From contig JBGAIJ010000005.1 of NCBI GenBank assembly GCA_044225605.1, forward strand, positions 82,704 through 146,703: a stretch of DNA of 64,000 nucleotides, read 5' to 3'. Positions 46,537-56,058 of the stretch are shown here, one piece after another (the stretch's first letter is position 1; each line of letters opens with the position of its first letter). Source of the DNA: Ferruginibacter sp. GTDB taxonomy: Bacteria; Bacteroidota; Bacteroidia; Chitinophagales; Chitinophagaceae. The notes beneath the pieces were generated by a model. That model was not told where the DNA came from, did no database searches, and saw only the letters and a list, made by a program, of their open reading frames with translations. Made by a program: the position numbers and the translations under genes.

Positions 46537-49437
46537 ATGGAATACCAATTTAACGAGATTGAAAAAAAGTGGCAGGATTACTGGAAAGAAAAAAGAGTTT
46601 ACAGTGTAAGCAACGAAAGTGATAAGCCAAAATATTATGTGCTGGATATGTTTCCGTACCCAAGCGGTGCAGGTTTGCATGTGGGGCACCCATTAGGCTA
46701 TATTGCCAGCGATATTTATGCCCGCTATAAGAGGCTGAAGGGTTTTAATGTGCTGCACCCAATGGGGTTTGACAGTTTTGGTTTACCGGCGGAACAATAC
46801 GCCATTGAAACCGGCCAGCACCCGGCAGAAACCACCAAAAAAAATATTGCCACATTCAAATCTCAATTAGATAAAATTGGTTTTTGTTACGATTGGGAAC
46901 GTGAAGTGCAAACCAGCGACCCTAATTATTATAAATGGACGCAGTGGATTTTTTTGCAACTGTACAACAGCTATTTCTGTAATAGCTGCAAGCAGGCAAA
47001 GCCGATAACTGAGTTAATTAAAAAATACGAAACCAAAGGCAGCAGTAAATTTTCTGCGGAGCAATGGAATAATTTTTCTGTTGCGGAAAAAGAAGAATGG
47101 CTGATGTTGCGCCGCCTTGCCTTTAGTAAATACGGCGAGGTAAACTGGTGTGAAGCATTGGGCACTGTATTGGCAAATGATGAAGTTGTAAACGGTGTAA
47201 GTGAGCGTGGTGGTTTTCCGGTGGTGAAAAAGAAAATGCGCCAATGGTATTTGCGCATTACGGCGTATGCCGACCGTTTACTGGAAGGTTTGGAAACGGT
47301 TGACTTTAGCGACAGCATGAAAGACATGCAGCGCAACTGGATTGGAAGAAGTGAAGGAGCGGAGATAGAGTTTGAAGTCAAAAGTCAAAAGTCAAAATTA
47401 AAAGTATACACCACAAGGCCTGATACGATTTTTGGAGTGGATTTTATGGTTGTTGCTCCCGAATCAGACATTATTAATGAGATTACAACTGAAGCACAAA
47501 AAAACGCCGTGGATGAATACGTGGCTTATGTAAAAAGCCGCAGCGATGTGGACCGCATGGCGGAGAAAAAAATTACCGGCTGCTTTACGGGTGCGTATGC
47601 CATTAATCCTTTTAATGGAAGAGAAATTCCCATCTGGATTAGTGAATATGTTTTGGCCGGTTATGGCACCGGTGCAATTATGGCGGTGCCCTGCGGCGAT
47701 GAACGGGATTTTAAATTCGCCAAGCATTTTAATATTCCCATTACCAATATTATTGGCAGCCATTACAATGGTGAGGAAGCTAACCCTACTAAAGAAGCCA
47801 TTTTGGAAAACAGTGGTTTTTTAAACGGCCTGCTGATGAAAGATGCCATTGCTGTTGCCAATAACAAAATTGAAGAACTGGGCATTGGCAAACGCAAAGT
47901 AAATTATAAAATGAGGGATGCCGGTTTCAGCCGCCAGCGTTATTGGGGCGAACCTTTCCCCATTGTGTGGAATGGTGAAACACCCATGATTGCAAAAGAT
48001 GCATTGCCTTTACAACTGCCGCATGTAGATAAATACGGCCCCGGCCCCGAAGGCGAAGGCCCACTGGCAAATATTACCGAATGGGTAAACACGCCGGAGG
48101 GCAGGAGAGAAACCAGCACCATGCCGGGTTACGCAGGTTCATCCTGGTATTTTTTACGCTACATGGACCCAAAGAACAATGAAACTTTTTGCAACCGCAA
48201 AGCCAGCGATTACTGGAACCAGGTGGATTTATACATTGGCGGCACAGAACATGCCGTGGGCCATTTGCTGTACAGCCGCATGTGGACGAAAGTGTTATTT
48301 GATTTAGGATTGATTGGTTATGATGAGCCGTTTAAGAGATTAGTGAACCAAGGGATGATACAGGGGAGTAGCAGGTTTGTATATTTAATTCAATTTTCTT
48401 TTAGTCATGGTACTAATGCAAAAATGTACAATGATATTTTATCACAACACCAAATTTTCATTTCTGCTAATAGATATAATGAAGTAATTGACAAAACTGC
48501 TTCAAGTGATAAAGAAACTTTACTTTATAGAGATTTATTTAGTGCAGTACCTGAATTAAAAAGGTTTGATATAACAAATGATGACGTAACTAGTAGCGGT
48601 TGGGCAGTATATAATTTAAACGTAGACGTTAATTTTGTTGATGGTGTTATATTAGATACTAATGAATTCAAAAAATGGAAAAATGGTGTATATGCTAATG
48701 CAAAATTTATATCGGAAAAAGATGGTAAGTACATCTGCGGCGTAGAAACCGAAAAGATGTCCAAATCAAAATACAACACGGTTAACCCAAATGATTTGTG
48801 TGATAAATACGGCGCCGATACCTTCCGTATGTATGAAATGTTCCTCGGCCCGGTGGAAGCCAGCAAACCGTGGGACACAAAAGGCATTGAAGGGGTACAC
48901 CGCTTCTTAAAAAAATTGTGGCGATTGTTTAATGATGAACTAAAAGGCAAAGTTTGGAACAACGATAAAGCAACCGATGCTGAATTAAAAATTCTGCACC
49001 GCACCATTAAAAAAATTGAAGAAGATACCGAGCGCTTTAGCTTTAACACCGCCGTAAGTACGTTTATGATTTGTGTAAACGAACTGGCCGATGCTAAATG
49101 CCACAAAAAAGAAGTGCTGGAGCAATTACTGATTTTATTAACACCCTACGCACCGCATATTGCAGAAGAATTGTGGAGCCAGTTAGGTAATGAGGGAACG
49201 GTGTTAGATGCAGCCTATCCAAAATTTAATGCAGCATTGTTAGTAGAGAGCAGTAAAGAATATCCTGTTTCTATTAATGGTAAAGTGCGTACCAACTTAA
49301 ACCTTGCTTTGGATATTGACCCGAAAGAAGTAGAAGCGCTGGTGTTGCAAAACGAAGTGGTGCAAAAATGGCTGGAAGGCAAAGCGCCTAAAAAAATCAT
49401 TTATGTAAAAAACAAGATGATTAACGTGGTGATATAA
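46537..49437 (+). CDS. leuS: Leucine--tRNA ligase
   Basis: MFPYPSG...HVGH, YTTRPDT, GTGAIMAVP and KMSKS. Confidence 0.97.
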   Translation: MEYQFNEIEKKWQDYWKEKRVYSVSNESDKPKYYVLDMFPYPSGAGLHVGHPLGYIASDIYARYKRLKGFNVLHPMGFDSFGLPAEQYAIETGQHPAETTKKNIATFKSQLDKIGFCYDWEREVQTSDPNYYKWTQWIFLQLYNSYFCNSCKQAKPITELIKKYETKGSSKFSAEQWNNFSVAEKEEWLMLRRLAFSKYGEVNWCEALGTVLANDEVVNGVSERGGFPVVKKKMRQWYLRITAYADRLLEGLETVDFSDSMKDMQRNWIGRSEGAEIEFEVKSQKSKLKVYTTRPDTIFGVDFMVVAPESDIINEITTEAQKNAVDEYVAYVKSRSDVDRMAEKKITGCFTGAYAINPFNGREIPIWISEYVLAGYGTGAIMAVPCGDERDFKFAKHFNIPITNIIGSHYNGEEANPTKEAILENSGFLNGLLMKDAIAVANNKIEELGIGKRKVNYKMRDAGFSRQRYWGEPFPIVWNGETPMIAKDALPLQLPHVDKYGPGPEGEGPLANITEWVNTPEGRRETSTMPGYAGSSWYFLRYMDPKNNETFCNRKASDYWNQVDLYIGGTEHAVGHLLYSRMWTKVLFDLGLIGYDEPFKRLVNQGMIQGSSRFVYLIQFSFSHGTNAKMYNDILSQHQIFISANRYNEVIDKTASSDKETLLYRDLFSAVPELKRFDITNDDVTSSGWAVYNLNVDVNFVDGVILDTNEFKKWKNGVYANAKFISEKDGKYICGVETEKMSKSKYNTVNPNDLCDKYGADTFRMYEMFLGPVEASKPWDTKGIEGVHRFLKKLWRLFNDELKGKVWNNDKATDAELKILHRTIKKIEEDTERFSFNTAVSTFMICVNELADAKCHKKEVLEQLLILLTPYAPHIAEELWSQLGNEGTVLDAAYPKFNAALLVESSKEYPVSINGKVRTNLNLALDIDPKEVEALVLQNEVVQKWLEGKAPKKIIYVKNKMINVVI
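47376..47396 (+). repeat. (AGTCAAA)x3 in-frame microsatellite inside leuS
   Basis: Three perfect 7-nt units (21 nt) encoding VKSQKSK. Confidence 0.8.
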
Positions 49438-49465
49438 ATATTGATTACACTAACTTTTACGAATT

Positions 49466-49495
49466 ACACGAATGAAGCAATTCATTCGTGTTTTT
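49466..49495 (+). terminator. Intrinsic terminator after leuS
   Basis: acacgaatgaa-gcaa-ttcattcgtgt followed by a T-run. Confidence 0.8.
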
Positions 49496-49557
49496 ATTTA
49501 TGCCTGTTGCATTAAACAAAGTTTTGCAGGAATAGTGGTTTCTGTTATTTTCATGCC

Positions 49558-50766
49558 ATGCTTTTTAGTTTTAACCGCTACAGTTCTTTACTGCTTATTT
49601 TTTTTGTGCATATAACGGTATATGCAGTTATGCTGTGGCGGCGTGGCATAAAGCAGGACAGCACTGCCGATAAACTCCTGGCCACTTTTTTATTACTGGC
49701 AGCTTTATATGTTATTCCATGGATGACGGGTTTTGCCGGCTGGTACGATAACCAGCCGTACAGGGATATATTATTTTACATTCCATTTACACAGGGGTTG
49801 TTTATTGGCCCTGTTCTCTATCTCTACGTTAAAGCCATCACTAATTTTAATTTCAGCATTACAAAAAAGGACTGGCTGCATTTTGTTCCAGGGTTGTTGT
49901 ATTTGCTGTGGTGTGTTGTGGTGGCAATAACAGACTGGCTGGTGGTGCATCCTTATTATTTAAACAACGAGCAAACAGACCCGGATTTTGCCCTGTGGTA
50001 CCAGTGGCTGCAAAAAATTGCCACTATTAGTTATCTTATTTTAAGTGTGAGGTATTACCAGCAGTATAAAAAATATGTTGATTTAGAAACCAGTTTTGCC
50101 GATGCAGCAAGCATGCGCTGGTTGCGTAATTTTATTTTTGCATTTGGCGCATTAACGGTGCTGCCTTTATTGATGGATGCTGCTTCTTTTATTCCTGCTG
50201 TAAAAAAACTGAATGAATACATTACTTCGTGGTATTACTTTTTAGCTTTTGCCGTGGTGGTGTACTATATAGCCATCAATGGGTACAGTGCTGTAAATAT
50301 TCCCCTGCACCGGCTGCATTTTGAGCCGCAGTTGTTATTGCAATACCAGCCTGTTAAACAATTGCAGGCACCGGCCGTTACTGAAGATGCAGTGTATGAA
50401 CTATTAGAAACCGGCAAAGAAGATGCATTGCTGGAACAATGGAAACAAAAAGTAAAAGAGCTGGTAGAAAAAGAAGAATTATATACCCAGCCGGAATTAA
50501 CACTGTCGCTGCTGGCAAAAAAATTAGCCACCAATACCTCCGTTTTAAGTCGCATAATTAACCAGGGTTTTAATACCAGCTTTAACGATTTTGTAAATGA
50601 ATACCGGGTTAATGCTGTAAAAGAAAAATTGCTGGCAGGTGAGCAGCAAACACAAACACTCTTGGGTATTGCCTTCGATTGCGGCTTTAACAGCAAAGCC
50701 ACTTTTAACCGGGCATTTAAAAAAGCAACGGGTTGTACGCCGCAGCAGTGGCTCAGCCGGCAATAA
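49558..50766 (+). CDS. Membrane-anchored AraC-family regulator (about 7 TM plus C-terminal HTH)
   Basis: Hydrophobic N-terminal half. PELTLSLLAKKL...SFNDFVNEYRV...IAFDCGFNSKATFNRAFKK. Confidence 0.9.
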   Translation: MLFSFNRYSSLLLIFFVHITVYAVMLWRRGIKQDSTADKLLATFLLLAALYVIPWMTGFAGWYDNQPYRDILFYIPFTQGLFIGPVLYLYVKAITNFNFSITKKDWLHFVPGLLYLLWCVVVAITDWLVVHPYYLNNEQTDPDFALWYQWLQKIATISYLILSVRYYQQYKKYVDLETSFADAASMRWLRNFIFAFGALTVLPLLMDAASFIPAVKKLNEYITSWYYFLAFAVVVYYIAINGYSAVNIPLHRLHFEPQLLLQYQPVKQLQAPAVTEDAVYELLETGKEDALLEQWKQKVKELVEKEELYTQPELTLSLLAKKLATNTSVLSRIINQGFNTSFNDFVNEYRVNAVKEKLLAGEQQTQTLLGIAFDCGFNSKATFNRAFKKATGCTPQQWLSRQ

Positions 50767-50771
50767 TTATC

Positions 50772-50820
50772 ATTTGATACTTCTTGTTACAATTTGATAC
50801 CTGTTTAACTGGTGTCAAAT
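50772..50820. promoter_or_regulatory. Candidate AraC-type operator
   Basis: ATTTGATAC at 50772 and 50792 (20-bp period), with an inverted copy GTGTCAAAT at 50812-50820, upstream of the DoxX gene. Confidence 0.5.
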
Positions 50821-50890
50821 CATCATTTGCAGCGACAACCCCTGCCGCCTGCCCACATCTTTGCTGTATCATCAAAAAAAAATTAAAAAA

Positions 50891-51373
50891 ATGAAATGGC
50901 TTAAAAAACAAGTAAAACCCATTTGCATGCCATATTGGTGGCAAGATTTGTTATTGACGATACCAAGAGTTGTATGCGGCTATTTAATGGCATTTGATTT
51001 TGGCTGCTCCAAATTTGGCATGCCCTGGAGCCCGGATGAAAATAATTTAAAACTATTTGAAGTAGCCTTTTGGTTTCCGGAAGATGTAGCTTCTTATGGC
51101 GGCATTTTTAAAATGATGCCGGCTTTTTTTGCATGGATGGGTGCTTTTAGCGAAGCTGTTGGCGGTATGTTTTTAATACTGGGTTTATGCACCAGGCCTT
51201 TTTCTTATTTATTGGTAACTACCATGATGGTGGCCGTTTTTTTACAACAGTGGGATAATGGCTTGTGGAGTATGCTGGCCGGTATGGGTTTTATGTGGGT
51301 GTTTTTATATACTGCTGTTATTGGCAGCGGCCGCTTTGGAATTGATTACATCATCTCAAAAAAACTAAAATAA
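50891..51373 (+). CDS. DoxX-family membrane protein
   Basis: AFSEAVGG...LGLCTR, GSGRFGID and four TMs. Start at 50891. Confidence 0.8.
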   Translation: MKWLKKQVKPICMPYWWQDLLLTIPRVVCGYLMAFDFGCSKFGMPWSPDENNLKLFEVAFWFPEDVASYGGIFKMMPAFFAWMGAFSEAVGGMFLILGLCTRPFSYLLVTTMMVAVFLQQWDNGLWSMLAGMGFMWVFLYTAVIGSGRFGIDYIISKKLK

Positions 51374-51723
51374 TGAAAAGGATAATTCTTTCAATAAGCC
51401 TTGCCGCATGTTTGTATTCATGCGTGCAAAAAACATATAAAAAAACAGTGGTGTACACCTTAATTGTAAGCAATCAAAAAAATATTGAAACAGCAGGTAT
51501 AAGAGGTTACAATCCTCTTAAGTGGGATGCTGATTCATTAATGACTGAAATTGTAAAAGACAGTATGTACCGTCTTGCAATTACTTATAACACGGGTTAT
51601 AAAGGTGCCCGTGCAATATTTACTATTAACGGCAAAGAGGAAACAGAAATTAAACCTAACCGGAGCATTGCATTTGCTGCCGGCGACACTACATTTTATA
51701 AAGCGGTATTTAATAAACAATAA
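51373..51723 (+). CDS. Hypothetical lipoprotein
   Basis: MKRIILSISLAACLYSC lipobox. TAATG overlap with the DoxX gene. Confidence 0.7.
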   Translation: MKRIILSISLAACLYSCVQKTYKKTVVYTLIVSNQKNIETAGIRGYNPLKWDADSLMTEIVKDSMYRLAITYNTGYKGARAIFTINGKEETEIKPNRSIAFAAGDTTFYKAVFNKQ

Positions 51724-51816
51724 AAACTATAGCCATGAAATAATGCGGACTGGTACCAGTCCGCATTATAATTTATACCACTGCCGTTTAGTAACTTTAG
51801 TTTCTAAACTGGAATA

Positions 51817-52548
51817 ATGGATTCACTGCTGCAGCTTTTACAACAATACCGGAAGAGTTTTCATAAAGTGGTTGATTTTACCGAAAAGGATGTTATCACA
51901 TTACTTGACCTTACCAAAAACAACACTGCCCTCACCGAATTTATTTTTAATGATACAGCAGCATTTAGTGAATACATACAACAGGAATTAAATAAAACAA
52001 ACTCCCGCTACTTAATTGGCGGCTATAACGAACTGAGGGAAATGTACAAACGCAGCGCATTGTTCAATTTTGAAAAAACACAATTACGCACAGCAGATAT
52101 TTCTTTTAATAATACAGAACCCCGCCGCCTGCATTTAGGTATTGATATTTGGGGTGCGGCAGGAACGGAAGTGTATGCACCACTGGGCGGTATGGTGCAT
52201 AGTTTTGCCAACAACAATAATTACGGCGATTATGGTGCCACCATTATTCTGCAACATCAAATAGACATGGTGCCTTTTTATACTTTATACGGCCACTTAA
52301 GCTTGAAGGATATAAGTGCACTAAGGCACGGGCAGGTAATTACCCGTGGGCAATGCTTTGCACATTTTGGTACACCAATAGAAAACGGCAACTGGCCACC
52401 GCACCTGCACTTCCAGGTAATAGAAGATATGCAACTGAAAGAAGGTGATTATCCCGGTGTATGCAAAGCTTCTGAAGCTGTAAAGTATTTGGCAAACTGC
52501 CCCAATCCCAACTTAATATTAAATATGCTGCCCAATGAAAATGCTTAA
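51817..52548 (+). CDS. M23-family metalloendopeptidase
   Basis: HLGIDIW (HxxxD), YTLYGHL and HLHFQ (HxH). Confidence 0.85.
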   Translation: MDSLLQLLQQYRKSFHKVVDFTEKDVITLLDLTKNNTALTEFIFNDTAAFSEYIQQELNKTNSRYLIGGYNELREMYKRSALFNFEKTQLRTADISFNNTEPRRLHLGIDIWGAAGTEVYAPLGGMVHSFANNNNYGDYGATIILQHQIDMVPFYTLYGHLSLKDISALRHGQVITRGQCFAHFGTPIENGNWPPHLHFQVIEDMQLKEGDYPGVCKASEAVKYLANCPNPNLILNMLPNENA

Positions 52549-53479
52549 ATACATTTTTATTGTATGTTTTTTAATGTTGGCAATTGTTTGCCATTCGCAA
52601 TCCCTTACCGGCATCTGGAGTGGAAAAATAAGCAGGAAAGCCCCAGGATACAGCGGTGTGGAAAGTATTGAAATGCAGGTGCTGCAGTCGGGCAAACATT
52701 TACGGGGTTATACATTTGCATTTAAAGATACCAGCCGTTTTGTATTGTTTGATATGGCCGGTAACAGAAATAAACGTACCCAGGCTATTTATATTCGTGA
52801 AGTGGGGAATGGTTTTTTTTCATTGCCACAGGGTTTTTTGCCCTGCGAAAAAATTTTCAGCCTGAAGTATTATAAAATCGGCAAAACACAATACCTCTCC
52901 GGCACATGGACGGGGCAGGGCCGTGACACTTCCTGTTTTCCCGGTGAAGATTTACTGGTGGTGCTGCAGAAAATTAAAAAGCCGGAATACCCGATTGAAC
53001 AGTTTGTACAAAAAAAAATAACGGATTACATTATAAAAAGAACCACCCCAAAAACTAATACGGATTTGCCTGAACAGGAAATAGCTGAAGTGACGGAGCC
53101 TGTAATAAAAACTATTGCAGACAGTTTGCCTGCCGACCGCAAGCTGGATATACAGGAAATTATAAAACTGCCCGATACTTCTGTACATATTACCCTGTAT
53201 GATAACGCTGTTGTGGATGATGATACCGTATCGGTATTTGTAAACAAAAAACCGGTTTTACTGCGGCAGCGCATCAGCGACAAGGCCTTAAGTTTTGATG
53301 TAAAGCTGACAGAACCCGATAAACCCATGGAAATACTGATGCAGGCGGAAAACCTTGGTTCTATTCCCCCAAATACCGCAGTTATGATAATAGAAACCTC
53401 CCGGAAACGTTATGAAGTACGGTTAAGCGCCGGCTTCGAAAAACATGCAGTGGTCATTATTACCTACAATACAGATTAA
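52535..53479 (+). CDS. Hypothetical secreted protein
   Basis: Signal peptide. C-terminal LYDNAVVDDDTVS...AENLGSIPPNTA domain. Function unknown. Confidence 0.7.
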   Translation: MKMLKYIFIVCFLMLAIVCHSQSLTGIWSGKISRKAPGYSGVESIEMQVLQSGKHLRGYTFAFKDTSRFVLFDMAGNRNKRTQAIYIREVGNGFFSLPQGFLPCEKIFSLKYYKIGKTQYLSGTWTGQGRDTSCFPGEDLLVVLQKIKKPEYPIEQFVQKKITDYIIKRTTPKTNTDLPEQEIAEVTEPVIKTIADSLPADRKLDIQEIIKLPDTSVHITLYDNAVVDDDTVSVFVNKKPVLLRQRISDKALSFDVKLTEPDKPMEILMQAENLGSIPPNTAVMIIETSRKRYEVRLSAGFEKHAVVIITYNTD

Positions 53480-53549
53480 CAGCCCGATACCAGCCCGAAC
53501 CTTTGCCGTTAAAAATTGTTTAATCTCCCTTTAGGCAGTATAAAAAATG

Positions 53550-53557
53550 TACCTTTG
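53550..53557 (+). promoter_or_regulatory. -7 promoter element of dxs
   Basis: TACCTTTG ending 18 nt before the ATG. Confidence 0.55.
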
Positions 53558-53574
53558 CCACGTAATTTAAAACT

Positions 53575-55527
53575 ATGGAAATAAAGCCAGGCCCGCTTTT
53601 AAGTACTATAAATTCCCCAGCAGATTTAAAAAAAATAAGCCGGGAAGATTTGCATAAAGTGTGCGACGAACTGCGCCAGTATATTATTGATGTGGTGAGT
53701 GTGCACGGCGGCCACTTTGGCGCAAGCCTTGGTGTGGTGGAATTAAGCACTGCATTGCATTATGTGTACGATACGCCCTACGACCAATTGGTGTGGGATG
53801 TAGGCCACCAGGCTTATGGCCATAAAATTCTTACCGGCCGCAGAGATGTTTTTCCTACCAACAGAAAATACAAAGGCATTAGCGGTTTTCCCAAACGCAG
53901 CGAAAGTGAATACGACACTTTTGGTGTAGGCCATTCATCTACTTCAATAAGTGCAGCATTAGGTATGGCAATGGCTGCAAAATATAAAGGCGAAAAAAGA
54001 AAGAGCATTGCCGTGATAGGTGATGGCGCCATGACAGCTGGTTTGCCTTTTGAAGCCATGAACCATGCTGGTGTGGCCGATGCAGATGTGCTCATTATTT
54101 TGAATGATAACTGCATGAGCATTGACCCGAATGTGGGAGCGCTGAAGGAATATTTAACCGACATTACCACTTCTCAAACTTATAATAAAGTAAAAGACGA
54201 AGTGTGGAAGCTGTTAGGAAAATTACCCGTGGGTAAAACTTTCAGCCGTTCTATGGCGCATAAATTAACCGAAGGTGTAAAAGGTATGGTAAGCGGCAGC
54301 GCTAATTTATTTGAATCATTAAAGCTGCGTTACTTTGGCCCAATTGACGGGCACAATATTACCAAGCTGGTAGATACACTCAATGATTTAAAAAATATTC
54401 CCGGTCCAAAAATTTTGCACATACTTACTGTAAAAGGTAAAGGATATGATTTAGCAGAAAAAGACCAAACCCTTTGGCATGCACCCGGTTTGTTCGATAA
54501 AGTAACCGGCGAAATACAAAAAAAGAAATTCGATATTCCGCAGCCCATGAAATACCAGGATGTATTTGGTTACACCATGATAGAGCTGGCGGAACAAAAC
54601 GAAAAAATATTTGGCATCACGCCAGCCATGCCAAGCGGCTCTTCTTTAAAATACATGATGGAAAAAATGCCCCACCGTGCTTTTGATGTGGGCATTGCAG
54701 AGCAACACGCCGTAACATTAAGCGCCGGTATGGCAACGCAGGGTATGAAGGTGTTCTGCAATATCTACTCATCATTTATGCAAAGGGCCTACGATATGGT
54801 GGTGCATGATGTGGCCATACAAAAACTGCCCGTGGTATTTTGTTTAGACAGGGCAGGCCTTGTGGGTGAAGACGGTCCCACACACCACGGCTGTTACGAT
54901 ATTGCTTACATGCGCTGCATACCCAACATGGTGGTGTGTGCACCCATGAACGAACGGGAACTGCGTAACATGATGTACACTGCACAACTGGAAAGCAAGA
55001 AACTGCCCATAAGCATACGCTACCCACGTGGCGAAGGTGTAATGCCTGATTTGCAAAAAGATACCATGGCAGAAAAATACCCGTTTGAAGAAATACAAAT
55101 TGGTAAAGGCCGTAAAATAAAAGACGGTGCTGAAGTAGCAATACTAAGCTTTGGCCACCCCGGCAATTTTGCTGCCGCCGCCATACGTGATGTAAAGCCC
55201 GAGGGCATTAACCCGGCGCATTACGATATGCGTTTTGCAAAACCCATTGATGAGGAACTGCTGCATGAAGTGTTTACTAAATTCAATAAAATAATTACGG
55301 TGGAAGATGGTACGGTAGTGGGCGGCTTTGGTACTGCTGTGTTAGAGTTTATGAATGCACACGGTTACAAAGCAGCCGTAAAAATTATGGGCATACCAGA
55401 TGAACTGATTGAGCACGGCACACCCAAACAACTGTACAGCGAAATTGGTATTGATGCCAATGGTATTGCGGAAGCGGTGAGAGAAATTGTAAGTATTAAT
55501 GTAAATAAATTAGTGAGTAGTAGATAA
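53575..55527 (+). CDS. dxs: 1-deoxy-D-xylulose-5-phosphate synthase
   Basis: GGHFGASLG, WDVGHQAY, GDGAMTAG...NDN, GIAEQHAV and DGPTHHG. Confidence 0.96.
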   Translation: MEIKPGPLLSTINSPADLKKISREDLHKVCDELRQYIIDVVSVHGGHFGASLGVVELSTALHYVYDTPYDQLVWDVGHQAYGHKILTGRRDVFPTNRKYKGISGFPKRSESEYDTFGVGHSSTSISAALGMAMAAKYKGEKRKSIAVIGDGAMTAGLPFEAMNHAGVADADVLIILNDNCMSIDPNVGALKEYLTDITTSQTYNKVKDEVWKLLGKLPVGKTFSRSMAHKLTEGVKGMVSGSANLFESLKLRYFGPIDGHNITKLVDTLNDLKNIPGPKILHILTVKGKGYDLAEKDQTLWHAPGLFDKVTGEIQKKKFDIPQPMKYQDVFGYTMIELAEQNEKIFGITPAMPSGSSLKYMMEKMPHRAFDVGIAEQHAVTLSAGMATQGMKVFCNIYSSFMQRAYDMVVHDVAIQKLPVVFCLDRAGLVGEDGPTHHGCYDIAYMRCIPNMVVCAPMNERELRNMMYTAQLESKKLPISIRYPRGEGVMPDLQKDTMAEKYPFEEIQIGKGRKIKDGAEVAILSFGHPGNFAAAAIRDVKPEGINPAHYDMRFAKPIDEELLHEVFTKFNKIITVEDGTVVGGFGTAVLEFMNAHGYKAAVKIMGIPDELIEHGTPKQLYSEIGIDANGIAEAVREIVSINVNKLVSSR

Positions 55528-55629
55528 TTAGTAGAAAATTTAATTTATTTTTTAAAAAGGTAGAAATTAAGTTATTAGAACATATCTTTATGAAATAACA
55601 AAACCTTAAGATTTCCCTATTTCATAAAG

Positions 55630-56058
55630 ATGAATGAAATTCTTGCAAATTCTTATTTTAAGGATTTTATAATACCATTACTTGCTGTTTTTATAACGAT
55701 TGGTGTGAAAGTTGTTAGTAGACGTGATACATTCATGCAAATGAGCAGGGATGATTTCGCAATTGGTTTTGACCTTGTTGTGAGTTCATTGATATTATTA
55801 GCAACTTATTCATCAAAAATTGCTATAGAATTACATGAAAACAAAGCTGTTAATCCTGAACTCTGTAAATCAAAGCTTGAATATTTACCATGGATACTTT
55901 TCTTTGCCGTTCTAGGTTTATGGGGTTTATCAACCTTTGTGCGAAAATATGGATGGATAAATAATAGTAGTCAAACTCTTAGAATGTGGCCAGGAGTTAT
56001 AATTCCTCTTATTTTAGGGTTAGTAGCATTATTATTAACTGTTAATTTTATTGAATAA
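55630..56058 (+). CDS. Hypothetical membrane protein, about 4 TM helices
   Basis: Four hydrophobic stretches. AT-rich. TAATG stop/start overlap with the TIR gene. Confidence 0.75.
   Translation: MNEILANSYFKDFIIPLLAVFITIGVKVVSRRDTFMQMSRDDFAIGFDLVVSSLILLATYSSKIAIELHENKAVNPELCKSKLEYLPWILFFAVLGLWGLSTFVRKYGWINNSSQTLRMWPGVIIPLILGLVALLLTVNFIE

Noticed and set aside
48370-48725. Intein in leuS
   Set aside because: No N-terminal Cys/Ser splice block, no His-Asn end and no endonuclease motifs. The position matches the leucyl-specific domain.
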